A DNA stretch of 59,753 nucleotides, taken from positions 1 through 59,753 of the forward strand of contig JAHBMJ010000012.1 of assembly GCA_018398765.1 (NCBI GenBank). Reading direction: 5' to 3'. The position numbers and the translations under genes are program-made. The notes under the pieces were generated by a model that was not told the origin of the DNA, searched no databases, and saw nothing but the letters and a program-made list of their open reading frames with translations. The DNA is from Chromera velia. Taxonomy: Eukaryota. Positions 1 through 11,842 of this stretch are shown here, in pieces; the first letter of the stretch is position 1, and the number at the start of each line of letters is the position of its first letter.

Positions 1-467
1 CCCCCCTCCACTGGGCCTCCAGCCCTCTTATGCAACGCCGTTGCATAAGGTATTTTGTACGAGCCCCCCAAAAAAATAATTTAAAGGGTGGTGCGTAAAA
101 CATCGTAAAACTGCATGAAGCAGATCTTAATTCCTGCCATCTTCAGAAGACCCAAGTCTCTCGAGCAAGTCTTCGTCTGTGGGCCTCCTGTACATCGTGG
201 TCGGCAAGTGTGACTGTCTGTCTTGCGACCCACCACCCATGCAAGAAAACGTACGTGAGACTTGTGCCGTAAAACGGAAGAGAAGGGAGGACGAAAAAGT
301 AGAGTTGATTTTTGATTGAAGATCAGATTCCTGAGCCTCAGTTTCTGCCACGAAGTCTGGCTGATTATCGGCAGTCAGCTGTCACTTTTTTGGCCTTTTT
401 ATTCCCCCAACAACTCCTCTGCAGCATTGCCAGCGCTGGTTGCTGGCAGAACGAAGGAAGGGAGGCA

Positions 468-3400
468 ATGGAGGTCCAACCAGCATCCTTCGGTGGACAC
501 CGCAGCCTAAGTCAGTTGCTGCAAGCTGTCTGCTCTCGTTTTGCAGCAAGTCTGCGATGGTACTGGGTCTCGAAAAGACGTTTCTCAATCATATCAGTAG
601 CATAGTGCAGATTGTCCCTGCGAGACACGCATTCGCGTGTTGCTGTCTGATCTTCTTCCGGCAAGTCTCTTGAGATAATTTTCCATCAAAATTCATGTCA
701 ACCTGTTTGCAGTGGGAAAGCCAGAAGGAGATCATCAGCGCGTCACTGGATCTGCCAACACTTCTGACCTGGTCGCTCATAAGGTCATTGAGCAGACTTC
801 AAATGGAGACCAACACGGCTTTCACCAGCAACAAGGGATGCCATTGGGAGATGACCAGAGTGACCGCGGCAAGCATGGGTTGAAGGGAGCAAACCTGTAC
901 GTGCAGAACATTCCCCGCTTCTGGGGGCGCACGGAGTTAGAGGCGAAGTTTTCGTTTTTGGGAGCCATCAGCAGCTGCTACATCATGACGGACCACCTGA
1001 ACCCTCGATTCAACACTGGCGTCGGGTCAGTCAGTCAGTCTGTCAACCAGTGCGGAACTTTGTGCCTCTCCCGTTTAAGCATCCCTCACAGAAGATGCTT
1101 CTTGTCTGCATGAACCTTTCTGTCTCCTGAATTCGCGGGGAAAGGGCAAACTTTTGCGTAACGTCCACCGTACCGGTAATTCGTTTGTCTTCAGAACTTT
1201 TTCTTATGTTGTTTGAGTGAAAGACAGTCACTGGCGATCTCTGCGTTCTCGTGCGCGAATCTGCTTTTTCTTTTTGACACTGTTCTCTCCTGTGTGTTGT
1301 TTTTTTTCGATTGTTGGTGCGCATGTTTACAGGTTCGTGTGCTTCGAGACTCATGCACTGGCTGAGGACGCCATACTTCGAATGCACGGAACTGTGCTGG
1401 GACCCCATGAAGAGAACAGACGGTTGACGGTCAGGCGCCTCCCTTTCTCTGCTCTCTCTTCTCTTTGCGTTTCTTCTCGCCCCGTCTCGTCTTTTTACGT
1501 CTTGCTCGGTGCTGTTCCTCGCCTGCCTCAGATAAAAGTCTGCTTGTCCCGGCCCTTCTTTTCCCTTTCCCCGCCTCCTCCTTTAAGGTCTCCTTCTCCG
1601 CCGTCTCCACGGGAAGGGGTGGTCCGGACTGTCAGTCAAATCTGCCCCCTCTCCTTGCCGCCCGTCACCTGCTTGTTTTGTTCTTCATCCCTCTACAATG
1701 CCCTTAACCTCAGTCTGCTGTTGGTATCGTCTGTGGCGAGTGAGTAGATGGTGCACGTTCGTCTCTGTGGCATGCTGCAGGTGACTGTGAAAAGGGACGA
1801 GGTGGAGCACTGCCCGGCAGGCCTGCGGGCTCTCGACGCACGCATTCGCCAGGACCTCGCAAGGGTCAGGAGGGCAAGGACGAACAAACAGGCCATGCCT
1901 CCCGGGCAGCAGACCAAGGGGGGGACAAAAAAGGCGTCAACGGCACGCCACCTTGCTGCAGGAGGGCTGAACTCAAAGCAGCTCCCTGTGCCCCAACAGC
2001 AGCCGCAGCAGCAACAGCAGCAGTCTACTCCCAGTCCTCTGTTCCCCCCTCCTGAGCGCTGTGCCCCAGGAGCGCCAAGGGGGGTGGCGTACCGATACGA
2101 GGGGGGTGGGAGTGGAAGTGGAGGTGCAGATCCATCTGGAGGTCCCCTGCCTTCTTTTCCTTCTGCAGATGTTGCCCCTGTTCCCGTCCGGCAGATGTCC
2201 CCCCCCAATCAGTTGCACTATGGTGGATCCTTCACACAGACTTCCGACCAAAGGGTGATGGAGGCCCAAACACCGGAGCACTCCCCTCAACACGTACAGG
2301 CCCCTCCCCAGACAGCCGAGTGGGGGAGAGAAACTGCACAAACGATCACCACTGCACCAACACCAACCATGTACCCAGGTTCAAGTCCCTCTCCCCCGCA
2401 CTACTCAGTTCCTTCCAGATCGATCCCCTCTGATCCTCTCTCTTACAACCCCACCCCTCCAGCAGGCTCCTACTCCGAGGCCTGCTATCACCCCTATTAC
2501 CCTTCAACAAACGACACGAGGGACTCCTACCGACCTCCTCAGCCTGTCCAAGAGACTACTGCGTACCCCGTGACAGGCCAACAGCTTCGCACGACAGAAC
2601 CCGTCTACGCAACTGCCACACCTGACTACCCAGCATGGCAACCCCCTTCCTCCTCCCCGCCTCTCCCGACTGCCCTCCCCCCCCTCTCACAGCCTCCCTC
2701 GGCCCCAACACCGAACCACCGAGATGAACGCGGTCATCACTACCAACCGCCCTTCCACCCAGATCGAAGAAGCAGTTATGGAAGGGAGACGGACCACGAT
2801 TACACGCGTCCGACCCAAATGCCCCCCTCTCACGACCGCTTCCACCCATACCACCACGACCATCACGTGGCAACAACTCACCTTGATGCAGCAGAGCGAG
2901 CCCTCCATCGACATCCAGTGCAGCAGCAGCAACAGGAGCACACGCAGCCCCCACACCCGTACTACCATTACCAAGCAGATGCGACGCTGGTTGAGGAAAG
3001 GAAAAGAGACACGCATCTTCACATCCTCGCGCCACACCAGCAGCATGTGACAGCAGCTGTCACACAACCACAGACAGTCTCGGTACCGTCGCCTGCCCCC
3101 ACCCCCCTTGACGCTCCACCCGCACACGTGCCGTACCGCCCCCCGGTCTCGCACCACCCGCTGGAAGGACCCCCCATCTACCACTACAGTGAACCCCTCG
3201 AAACGATTAGCCCCGCCACCTATCCTCGTGTTGTCGAGCAGCCGCAGGGACGGGAGTCATATGGGCGGGATAGTCAGGACGCGTACAGGCAACAGCATCA
3301 GGTTGAGCATGTGAAAGGGCACGACAGTCGCGACGTCTACAAGCAGCAGGGCCCAGATCTGAGGGGGGGGCAGGAGGGCGACGAGGACGTGTACAGGGGG

Positions 3401-3661
3401 GGTGCTTACATGCACCAGCAGAGAACTGGTTCTGGGTCTGCCTACATCCCCGCAGCCCCCCTCCTGCTTCCAGACAGCGGCGGGCGCCCCCCGCTGGTCT
3501 CCCCTCCCCCCACAGCCCCCCCCGCTGTTGGACACGTCGACAAGCAGGCGGGGGGCTATTCCGAGTACGCCCTCCCTCGGCAAGCCCCCCCTCAGGCACG
3601 ACTTCCGGTTGCGGCTCTTGCCCCGGACCGCCGGCTGCTGCAAGAGTGGCGGCAAGAATGA
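468..3661 (+). CDS. Single-RRM RNA-binding protein with a ~600-aa Pro/Gln/His/Tyr-rich low-complexity C-terminus. Exons 468-510 (tentative), 713-1025, 1333-1429, 1781-3661
   Basis: RNP2 NLYVQNIP is in exon 2. RNP1 TGVG|FVCF is restored across the intron 1026(GTCAGT)-1332(TACAG), followed by AEDAILRMHG...RRLT|VTVK. All junctions are GT-AG and phase-compatible. The first exon is inferred from phase only. Confidence 0.85.
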
Positions 3662-6375
3662 GAAAGATAGGTGTGAAAGGGAAGATTGGAACAGACAAAG
3701 AGGCGTGTTCAAAGGAGACGAAGAAAAAAGTCGAAAGAAATGATGAGTAGCAAGACTGACAGGGTGATACTGAGGTCCATGATACGACAAAGAACTTCGT
3801 GGGGGGTCTTGGAAGTCATTTAGAACTTCCAGTTCGTTCTGGTCTTTGTCTGCTGCTTTTCCGTCTAGCTGAAAACACTCATGAAACACTCGGGCGGGCA
3901 AAAGGATGGAAAGAATTTGCACAGCGAGCATGAAACTTGAAGCTGCGAAGGCGCTTCTGAGAGCCCTTTGCAGCAGCTGCCGTGCTGTCTTTCAGTTCTT
4001 TGGCGTTGCGAGGAAATTCTTCATCATCTTAATTGCATGTCGGTTGGATCGATCAGGCTTGGGATGGATGGAGGGGTCTCAATTCCTTCATGCACTCTCG
4101 CTCTCTTCGATTCATTCCTGCAGTTATTTTCAGGGGGAATCAGTGGGCTTTGACGACAAGCAGATGGCAGACAGCAATGCAACGTGGTGATTTTTTTGTC
4201 TTTTTTCTCCCTTTCTTCTCTCTCTCTCTCTCTCTCTCCCACCCCCTCTCTTCCTCTTCTTCTGTTGCTTCATTCAATGTCTTCAACTGGCCCTGCATTG
4301 CTGTGGCGGTAAGCCTGTGACGTTTTTTCTCTCTCACACATGACGTCTCACTCCAAATGCTTTCTTTCTTTCTTTTCTTCTGACAGCCCCGTCTTCTTTC
4401 AGTCTTTCGTTCTTTCTCGCTTCTTCTGTTCCCCGTCCCTTTGTTTTACGTCCGCACCTTCGTATCTTGTGCTGTCTGTCACCCTCTCTCTCTCGCTCTC
4501 TCCGTGGAGAGAAGATTAAGCCTCGATCTGATCTGATCGGAAGATTAGGGAGGGAGGAGTGACTGAACTGACTTGTGTATGGGGTCTGCTTTTTGTTTGG
4601 GTTGGAGCTTTCTGAAATTCCCCCGTCAGTCGGTCAGTCGGAAAGCGCATCTGTCGGTGCAAAGCGTATTTTGTCTCCCGCTGAAGAGCTGAGAGAGAAG
4701 TAAGTCTGACTGAGGGAGGCACATACATGGGAAGGAAGGTCAGAACATATGAACGCGGCTGATTGCTGTATATATTCAGTCAAATCTGGAAAATGAAACT
4801 GAAAGGCAAAGGAGAAACGAGCTTAAAGGCGTTCAGTCGCCTTTTGCTTGTTTTTTCAGGGACAGACGTAGACAGACACACACATGCACATGTTCATGAA
4901 AAACATAGAGACCCAGCCCGTGTTCAAACGTTTTTGTTTGACCATCTCTCAGGAATTGTTCGTCCCTTTCAGTTGAGTAGATGCGTTGCCGGAAGCGCAG
5001 GCCTGGCGCACACGCGCACAGAGAGCGTGAGAGATAGAGGAGGGGAGAGATGCATGCATGAAATCAACCGGAAGGAACAAGAGAAGACGGCAGAGGCCAG
5101 TGAGACCAGAAGAAGAAAAGAGAAAAATTTAAGGGAGAGCAGGGGAGCAGTTCTCTTTGTCCTCAAGAGAGCTGACGCACATAGAGAAAGAAAAAGAGAA
5201 AGGGGGCGGGAAGTATGCAAGGACGCACCTTTCAGGCAGTCGGCTGGTCTTAGCCCGTCTCCTTCCGTCCCTTTCCTTTTCGGTGTCATGTCATTCTCCC
5301 TCGTGTGTTCTTTCCGAGAAGGTTTCGTTGTGTTTTTGTTGGTTGGTTTGTCGTTTTCTTGCTTGCTTGCACACAAGGAAAAAAGAAAAGCGGGCGGAGG
5401 GCGCGATCAGGAAGGAAGAATATCGAGACACGGGACCGACTGTAGGGGAGAATATTCTCTCTCCTCTCAGATGCATCATGGACCAGACATGTTGATGCCC
5501 TCCCTATTCCGCCCGTTGTCGTTCCCCCTTTCCTTTATCCATACAGTGATACTTTCATCAGATTGATTCGGCATATTTACTTGTTTTCTCGATTAAGTGA
5601 GTGAGTGATTGATTGATTGATTGACTGGCAACATTGCACTCAACGCGAGAGCATGTGGGGGGATTGGAAGGGAAAAGGAAGAGAACAGACAGACCAGCCC
5701 TGTAGAGGCTTTGCGGTCTAAATTCTCTCTCTGCTGTGAACGTCCTCCACCAATCATTCATTTACTCAGTTGCTGATTCGTCACTGCGTTTTGTTTGTTG
5801 TGTTGCATGGGGGATGCCTGACACTTGTTTCTTGGATCCGTCTGTGTGTGTTTCCTTGCGTGCATGCGTGCGCTGTTCGCTGCTGCATGGTATGACTCTG
5901 TGGATTTCTGACACAATTTTTCCTTCCACCCGCACTTACTTCCAGCTCCATTGACCGATGATCTGTGACTGGCTGCTTGGCCGATTGCACCCCGATGGAT
6001 TTAAAGGGGGGGCTTTTGATTCATTGATTGATTGATTGATTGATTGATCCGCTGGTTGGTTGGTTGGTTGAGGAACTGGCTGCCTTGCGTTCCATGTATC
6101 GGTCCCTTCTCCCTCATGTCCAGTCAATCAAGTGAATCATCAAACGATTCCCTTCTGCATGAGTCTCCCTCTTTCTCTCCTCTCGTCTCCTCTTCTTTTC
6201 TCTTCTTTCCTCTTCTCCTCTGCGCCCTGCATGCGTGCATATTCTTCAGAAAGGTAGAAACGATGCTTTCGTGCATGCGTGGATACGTGCATACGAAAAA
6301 AAGTCTTGGAAGAGACAGCGAGATGGAAGGGAAGTCATTTCAGAGAAAGACAGCGCCTTATTTCAGACACATGTA

Positions 6376-6436
<61 letters not shown>

Positions 6437-9399
6437 TGCGACTTTCCTCTAGAGGCTCCAAAGAGAACGCAGAGTTCAACGAAGAAAGAAAGAACTCTAT
6501 CTTTCCCTCCCTCAATGCCTGTGCACCTGAAAGACAAGGCACGCGAGAGCGAGTGATCTCCCTCCGTCTGTTTAAGTGACTGTTCGGGGGAAAATTCAGG
6601 CAAGATGAAAGACAAAAAGAAGCCTGGAGTATGAAATAAGAAAGATGAAAAATCGATACAGACAGTGAACCATTGAACAAGGCTGCTGCGTAATAATATC
6701 TTCCCTCTCCATCCGAAGCCCGGCGGGTCTCTCTCTTAGCCACATTAAGAGAATTAAGGGAAGGGCAGGCAAGAAAGAAAAATAAGATATGTGACCGTCC
6801 CTTCTTCTGCTTGCATGAGAAAACGGTCGAGGCTTCAAAGGAAAGCCAGAGACAAAGAGAGACAAAGAGCGCATTCACGAATGCCTTCCTGGAGTACATG
6901 AGAAGAGGGTGCTCTCTGCCACCTCCTTCCTGTGTTCTTCTAGGCGGTAGATCGGGGCACGTTTTCTGTCTTTCGTGTAGAGAAGACAGAGAGAGACACA
7001 GACACTGAAGACATATACAAACAAACAAACAAACAAACAAAGAAAGAAAGAACAGAAAAGTGGCTGGTCGAGTCTGTGAAGGTCGCAACCGGATTTTGAT
7101 CCGATCGCAGCACAGAAGAGAAAAGAAAAGAAGGGCACGCACACCGTGAGAGAGAGAGAGAACGACTGAAAGAAAGACTGGCCTTTGTGACTTCGTCGTG
7201 AGCAGCGCCTTTCGCGCGCTTCCTCTGGCTGACAAGGCCTTTGTTTAAGAGAAAGAAACCACTTGCTAGCTCTGACCGCGACATTAGAAGCGACAGACAG
7301 AGAGGAGGAGAGAGAAAGAGAGAAAAATAAATATAGACGGGGAGGGGAGAGGGCCTGAGGGGGGTTCAAAAGTTGAGCCCTTGCTTTGAGATTTTTCGCT
7401 CCTTTCAGCGAAGCAAGCAAGCAAACAAACAAGCGATTCCTTCCTTTCTCGGCAAGCGGCAACGAGTCGGTCACTTTTCACGTGTCTGACTGGTCGTCTG
7501 GCTCTCGTTCTGCATTCAGTCGATCTGCAGGCCGATGAATCGGCACCCTCTCAGTCAGTCAGTCAGTCGCTCAATCAGTAAGTCAGCGTCGTCCTTATCC
7601 CTCTGTCAATATTCAATTCGTATGGCCGAACCTTCTTCTCTCTCAACAACGTCCGGAAGGGGGCTCCTTGCTTGATTGTATGATCGATCCGTACGTGCGT
7701 GTGTGTTCGTGTGTATACGTGGCCGTGTGTCTTCCATGCGGTTTTAAGTAAGCGAATACATACAATGGGGCGGATGCCTAGAGGAACGGACGATCGACCC
7801 CGCCCTACTTGGCGTTTGTCTTTCGTGCTTTCTTGGCGTACGTCCAGCTGCAACATACAAATGAATGAATGACCTTTCTCTGCTCGACTTGTGCTCTTCT
7901 ATTCTTTGCTTTCTTCCCGACGCACCAGAATGGGTACTCGCAAACAGCATGGAGTCAAAAAAGAGAAGACTAAAGACAATGGCGTTGCTTCTGTCTTGCC
8001 TGAATCCTCAATCTCTGCCTGTCTTGACTGGATGAAGGCACAGAGGCTGGCGACACAGGCAGGCAGGGTGACAACATTATTCTTTCTTTCAGTCGTCTTC
8101 ATCGTTGACGACTGACGAGTCTTCCTCTCCTTCCACTTTTCTCTTTCCTTCTGTCTGACCAGCTACTTGATCTTCCTTGTAACTCTTTCCTTAATTCCAG
8201 TGGGTGGGCGGGCGGGTGAATGGGTGAGTTAATGCGTGCGTCTTTTGTGACAGGCAACCGACCCATGAACTTCCTTGGACGGACACCCTTTCTTTCTTCC
8301 CCTTCTCTTCCTGAGACAGTTAGGAATTAACAGCGAGCAAGCTCTTTGACAAAAAACCTCCAAGGAACCCCCCGAAGAGGAGGAAGGACACTGGCCCTCC
8401 CTCAAGGGTCTGTATGTCTACCATCATCAGATGCATTCATGCAGTTGTTGCGTTTCCTTCGAGTTCCATTCGCTGGAAATGCAAAGAAAGCAAAGCTCTA
8501 CTGTCACTCAAACCTTCGAAGGGGGGTGCTCTCTCTGCTTATCTGTCCGTCGGTCTGTCTGCTTGGATGCTTGCTGAGGAGCTCCGAGCTTGACAGCAGC
8601 GGTGAATGCGGCAGCTGAGGGGGAGAAGAAGACATGCAGCGACAGACATTTTACCTGTCTGTCTGTCCGGCGAGAAGAAAGAAACGAGAGGAAAGAGAGC
8701 GCCGCTCTGGAGGGAACTAGGAAAGGAAAGAAGGCGTGTCCGTGATCGGAAAGGTTTCAGTTCTTGAAACCAACCGGTGAGATGAGCAACTGCATTTCTG
8801 CTGGTCGATCGATGTGGTGCGTGTTTACCCTGTCTCATCCTTTTTCTTTTTTTGCCTATCTCCAAAAGATCGATCTAGGGATCGATTAGCTCAGAGTCTC
8901 TTTCATTTTCTGCTCTTTCCCTTGGGCTCTGCTCAGTAAGACTGGGAGGGAAAGGAAAATGCGGAGAGTCAGGATGCTGCAGAATCTGGTAAATTCACTG
9001 GGCACAGAGTGACATGTACATGCGCTGGCTTTTCAAGCACTTCCGTCAATCCGTCCACACCACGTAACTGTCACTTATCCTCCACAAGATCCGTCAGCAT
9101 TCTTTCATCATGGGCACAGGTGAAAAAGAGATCGGCGTCTGCTTCTGCACGCCTGCTCAGTCTGCGTACTCGTCCGTCCTTTTATGAGCTTTCTGATCGA
9201 GGCAGGAAAAAACGACTTCGTCGAATCACATTTGCTTCCCAGCCGTAGGAATGATCCTGTTTTTCCACTGGCGTGCATAAACACGTACACCATATACCGT
9301 ATGATATACGGCTATGCAGTCAGCCTAGGCAGTCAGCTTCAGTCATTCTCTAGTGCGTCAATCACTCCAATATCAACCAAGTATTACCAAGTATGCAAA

Positions 9400-9960
9400 T
9401 TAAGATTCATGACTTTTACTAGGACTTTTAATTGCGGGATATTATATTATTCTTTACGTACGTTTAAAAAGTAACTAAAAAACTTTTTTACAAAATCTTT
9501 TTAGCTCGTTCGTTTCTTTTCTTTAACCGACAGCTGGAAACAATCAATTAACCTAGTAATTAACTTAATTTGTCAGTGTTGTATCTAGTGTTGTAGTGAT
9601 ATTAGTGATTAGTGATTAGTGGTGCCCTAGAGCACTGTCGCCGTTTTGTCTTATAGAGGTCGCCCCCGCAAACGTCGCTAAATATTAATGAAACCCTACT
9701 TAAGGTGTGAGAAAGTCATAAGGGGCGATTCAATAATAATTGAATTTAAAAGACATCTATAATATAATAATATAACTGTATTGTAACATAACTATAAGTA
9801 ATAAGTGATTTAGTGGTACCCTAAAGCACTGTCGCCGTTTTGTACCGTTTTGTTTTATTGAGGTCTTACATAATACATGTTATAGGCTTGTCTGATTAAT
9901 GACTGACATCATGTCATCATCAGTAACATGGCTTGTAACACATATTATTTTCACTATTTT
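9400..9960. repeat. AT/TpA-rich island (probable transposon relic) containing a 33-bp direct repeat (9617-9649, 9811-9843)
   Basis: TAGTGGTGCCCTAGAGCACTGTCGCCGTTTTGT vs TAGTGGTACCCTAAAGCACTGTCGCCGTTTTGT, 31/33 identical. Base composition shifts sharply from the flanks. Confidence 0.6.
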
Positions 9961-10055
9961 GCTTTATCCTAGGCTTTATCCTGTATGCGTTGGCACAAGT
10001 TTGGCTTGAGGCGTGTCAATACGGTGTTCTCTAGCAGTGTTCTACATGTTGTTGT

Positions 10056-11147
10056 TTAGTTAAGGCTTCTGTGCTCGACAAACCACTGGAGAGCCTCTGA
10101 GGGACGAAGAAGGTCCCCCTTCTCGTGATACAAACGCAAACGCTCTAGTTCGCCTTCCAAAATTTGCAGTCTGGTCCCACAGACTTTCCCCTGGTTGTGA
10201 GTCACAAACGCGGTCCAGGGTAGAGGGGTTCCGCAGAGGCAGAAGACGTTGAATGACGTCAGCCGCCCGCGCTGTTGTGTTTCCTCTTTCAAGGCGCTCA
10301 CAGTGGTCACGAAACATCTGGGAAGGTGGAAAGTGGGGGCACAAATCACAAGCGTTTTGAATTCATGCTCATGGCAGAAACCTAACAGAGCACGGGCTTC
10401 ATTGAGTGTGTGTACAATTTTTTCGGTTTCCGGAAGGGGCACTGCCTTGACTCGGCTCTCCATGTGCGCAGCCCAATGCGATTCCAATAGCCCCCCCGTC
10501 TTTGTCAATGCAGCAGCACTTACTGCAGCTTCTCTCTGATTAATGAACGAGGGAAGGCCAAAATCTGTTTTCTGCAAGACTTTCGTACTGAAGTTTACCA
10601 AGCAAGGCCATATCACCTCTTGACATACGCGCTGTTTGATATGGGTGAACCCTGCATTCCCACTCCCTCTCTGCCCCTCATCATCTGTTGAAAGGACCAC
10701 GGGCATGAGTCTCTCAAAAAGGTCCATTGCCAGACGAAGAGCAAGGGAAACCAAGGTGTCTCTGTCGGAAACCAGTTGAAGAGCGTCTGTCGGCTCTTCC
10801 GGGAGTTCTTTGAGCTTCGGTCCGAGAACCTGCTTCGCCTCCCTCTCCACCCAGGGCATCACCAGAAGCCTTTCCAAAATGGACTCAAAAAAAATCCGAA
10901 GGGCCAGCACCTGTGACCCTTCGTTGTCTGGGTGCTCCCCGAAGATGTAGACGGCATCACAGACACGAATGCCTCCAGGAGATGAGGACGTGAGAGACGG
11001 ATCTTTCTCGTCTTGCCCGTCTCCGTCTCCGTCTCCTCCGGGAGAAGGGTCCCCTCTCTCTAAATTATTCAGCAGCTCCCCAACCGTATCTGTGCAGACG
11101 ACAAGAGAAAGCTTGACCAAAGCGGAAAGTTCGTCACTCCCGAACAT
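10056..11147 (-). CDS. Intronless DUF218/YdcF(ElyC/SanA)-like protein, 363 aa, bacterial-type subfamily
   Basis: Clean single ORF with DAVYIFGEHPDN, GNAGF, HTLNEARAL, LVICAPTFHLPR (the DUF218 T..EA and FH.PR motifs) and C-terminal PLPW...HNQG...GTR...GELERL..Y.EKGDL. Confidence 0.8.
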   Translation of the reverse strand: MFGSDELSALVKLSLVVCTDTVGELLNNLERGDPSPGGDGDGDGQDEKDPSLTSSSPGGIRVCDAVYIFGEHPDNEGSQVLALRIFFESILERLLVMPWVEREAKQVLGPKLKELPEEPTDALQLVSDRDTLVSLALRLAMDLFERLMPVVLSTDDEGQRGSGNAGFTHIKQRVCQEVIWPCLVNFSTKVLQKTDFGLPSFINQREAAVSAAALTKTGGLLESHWAAHMESRVKAVPLPETEKIVHTLNEARALLGFCHEHEFKTLVICAPTFHLPRCFVTTVSALKEETQQRGRLTSFNVFCLCGTPLPWTAFVTHNQGKVCGTRLQILEGELERLRLYHEKGDLLRPSEALQWFVEHRSLN

Positions 11148-11439
11148 TTTAAGGGGACCTGCACTACAAGCAATTACAAGCGGTGGTACTTGCTAAATCT
11201 TCGTGATATCAAAGTCCAGCCAGAATCCTGGGAATCAAGTCCACAGGAAAGAACAAGAAAACAAGACATCAAAGCGGCCAGCAGACCCCATCTTTTCATA
11301 GTCTCAGACACGATCGAGTGTCACGAGAAATCCGTGACTTGCTTGAACTAAATTGACGGTTGCCAGGACTTCCATGGACTTATATATCACAGCACGATCA
11401 TAATGGGCAGAATCATGCAGAATCCATCAGAATCCCGAC

Positions 11440-11600
11440 CATATCCCGACCATGCATGCAAGCCCCATGCATGCAGGCGCGCGATAGGCGCGCGCGGATG
11501 TGGCCGATATGGCCGGCGCCGCCGCGGCCGGTATCCGCGTCCAAGACGCGGCGGCGCCGCGATGTGACGGGGGCCAGCTTAGTTCCTCATAGCTTCTCCG
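11440..11600. promoter_or_regulatory. Putative bidirectional promoter between the DUF218 gene and the lumen-protein gene
   Basis: CpG/GC-rich palindromic patch plus TGCATGCA copies, midway between two divergent starts about 700 bp apart. Confidence 0.5.
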
Positions 11601-11842
11601 ATCATTGATCTCCGATGTCTTCTCCGCTTGATTTTCTTTTAGCTGTAACTAAGCTGTTCGATCCCGCAGACAACTTTCACTGATCGTCTGCTGGACACAT
11701 ACCGGACATCTTGTTCTCAGAAACGCTCCGAATTCAACATGTGCATTGATTCACTGGTCCGTTGATCAGTCTGAGGCACCTCAGCTTTCTTCCAATTCTT
11801 CCGTCGACAGTCCGAGAAAGAACTCTCCCTCACCCTCGTCCA

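Noticed and set aside
1693..3931. Antisense ORFs overlapping the RRM tail
   Set aside because: Shadow frames of a GC-rich coding exon.
4763..7474. Long ORFs of 199-290 aa (4763-5566, 6363-7235, 6875-7474)
   Set aside because: Low-complexity, driven by GA/CA repeats, with no domain motifs or coherent exon chain. Stop codons are scarce in TA-poor DNA.
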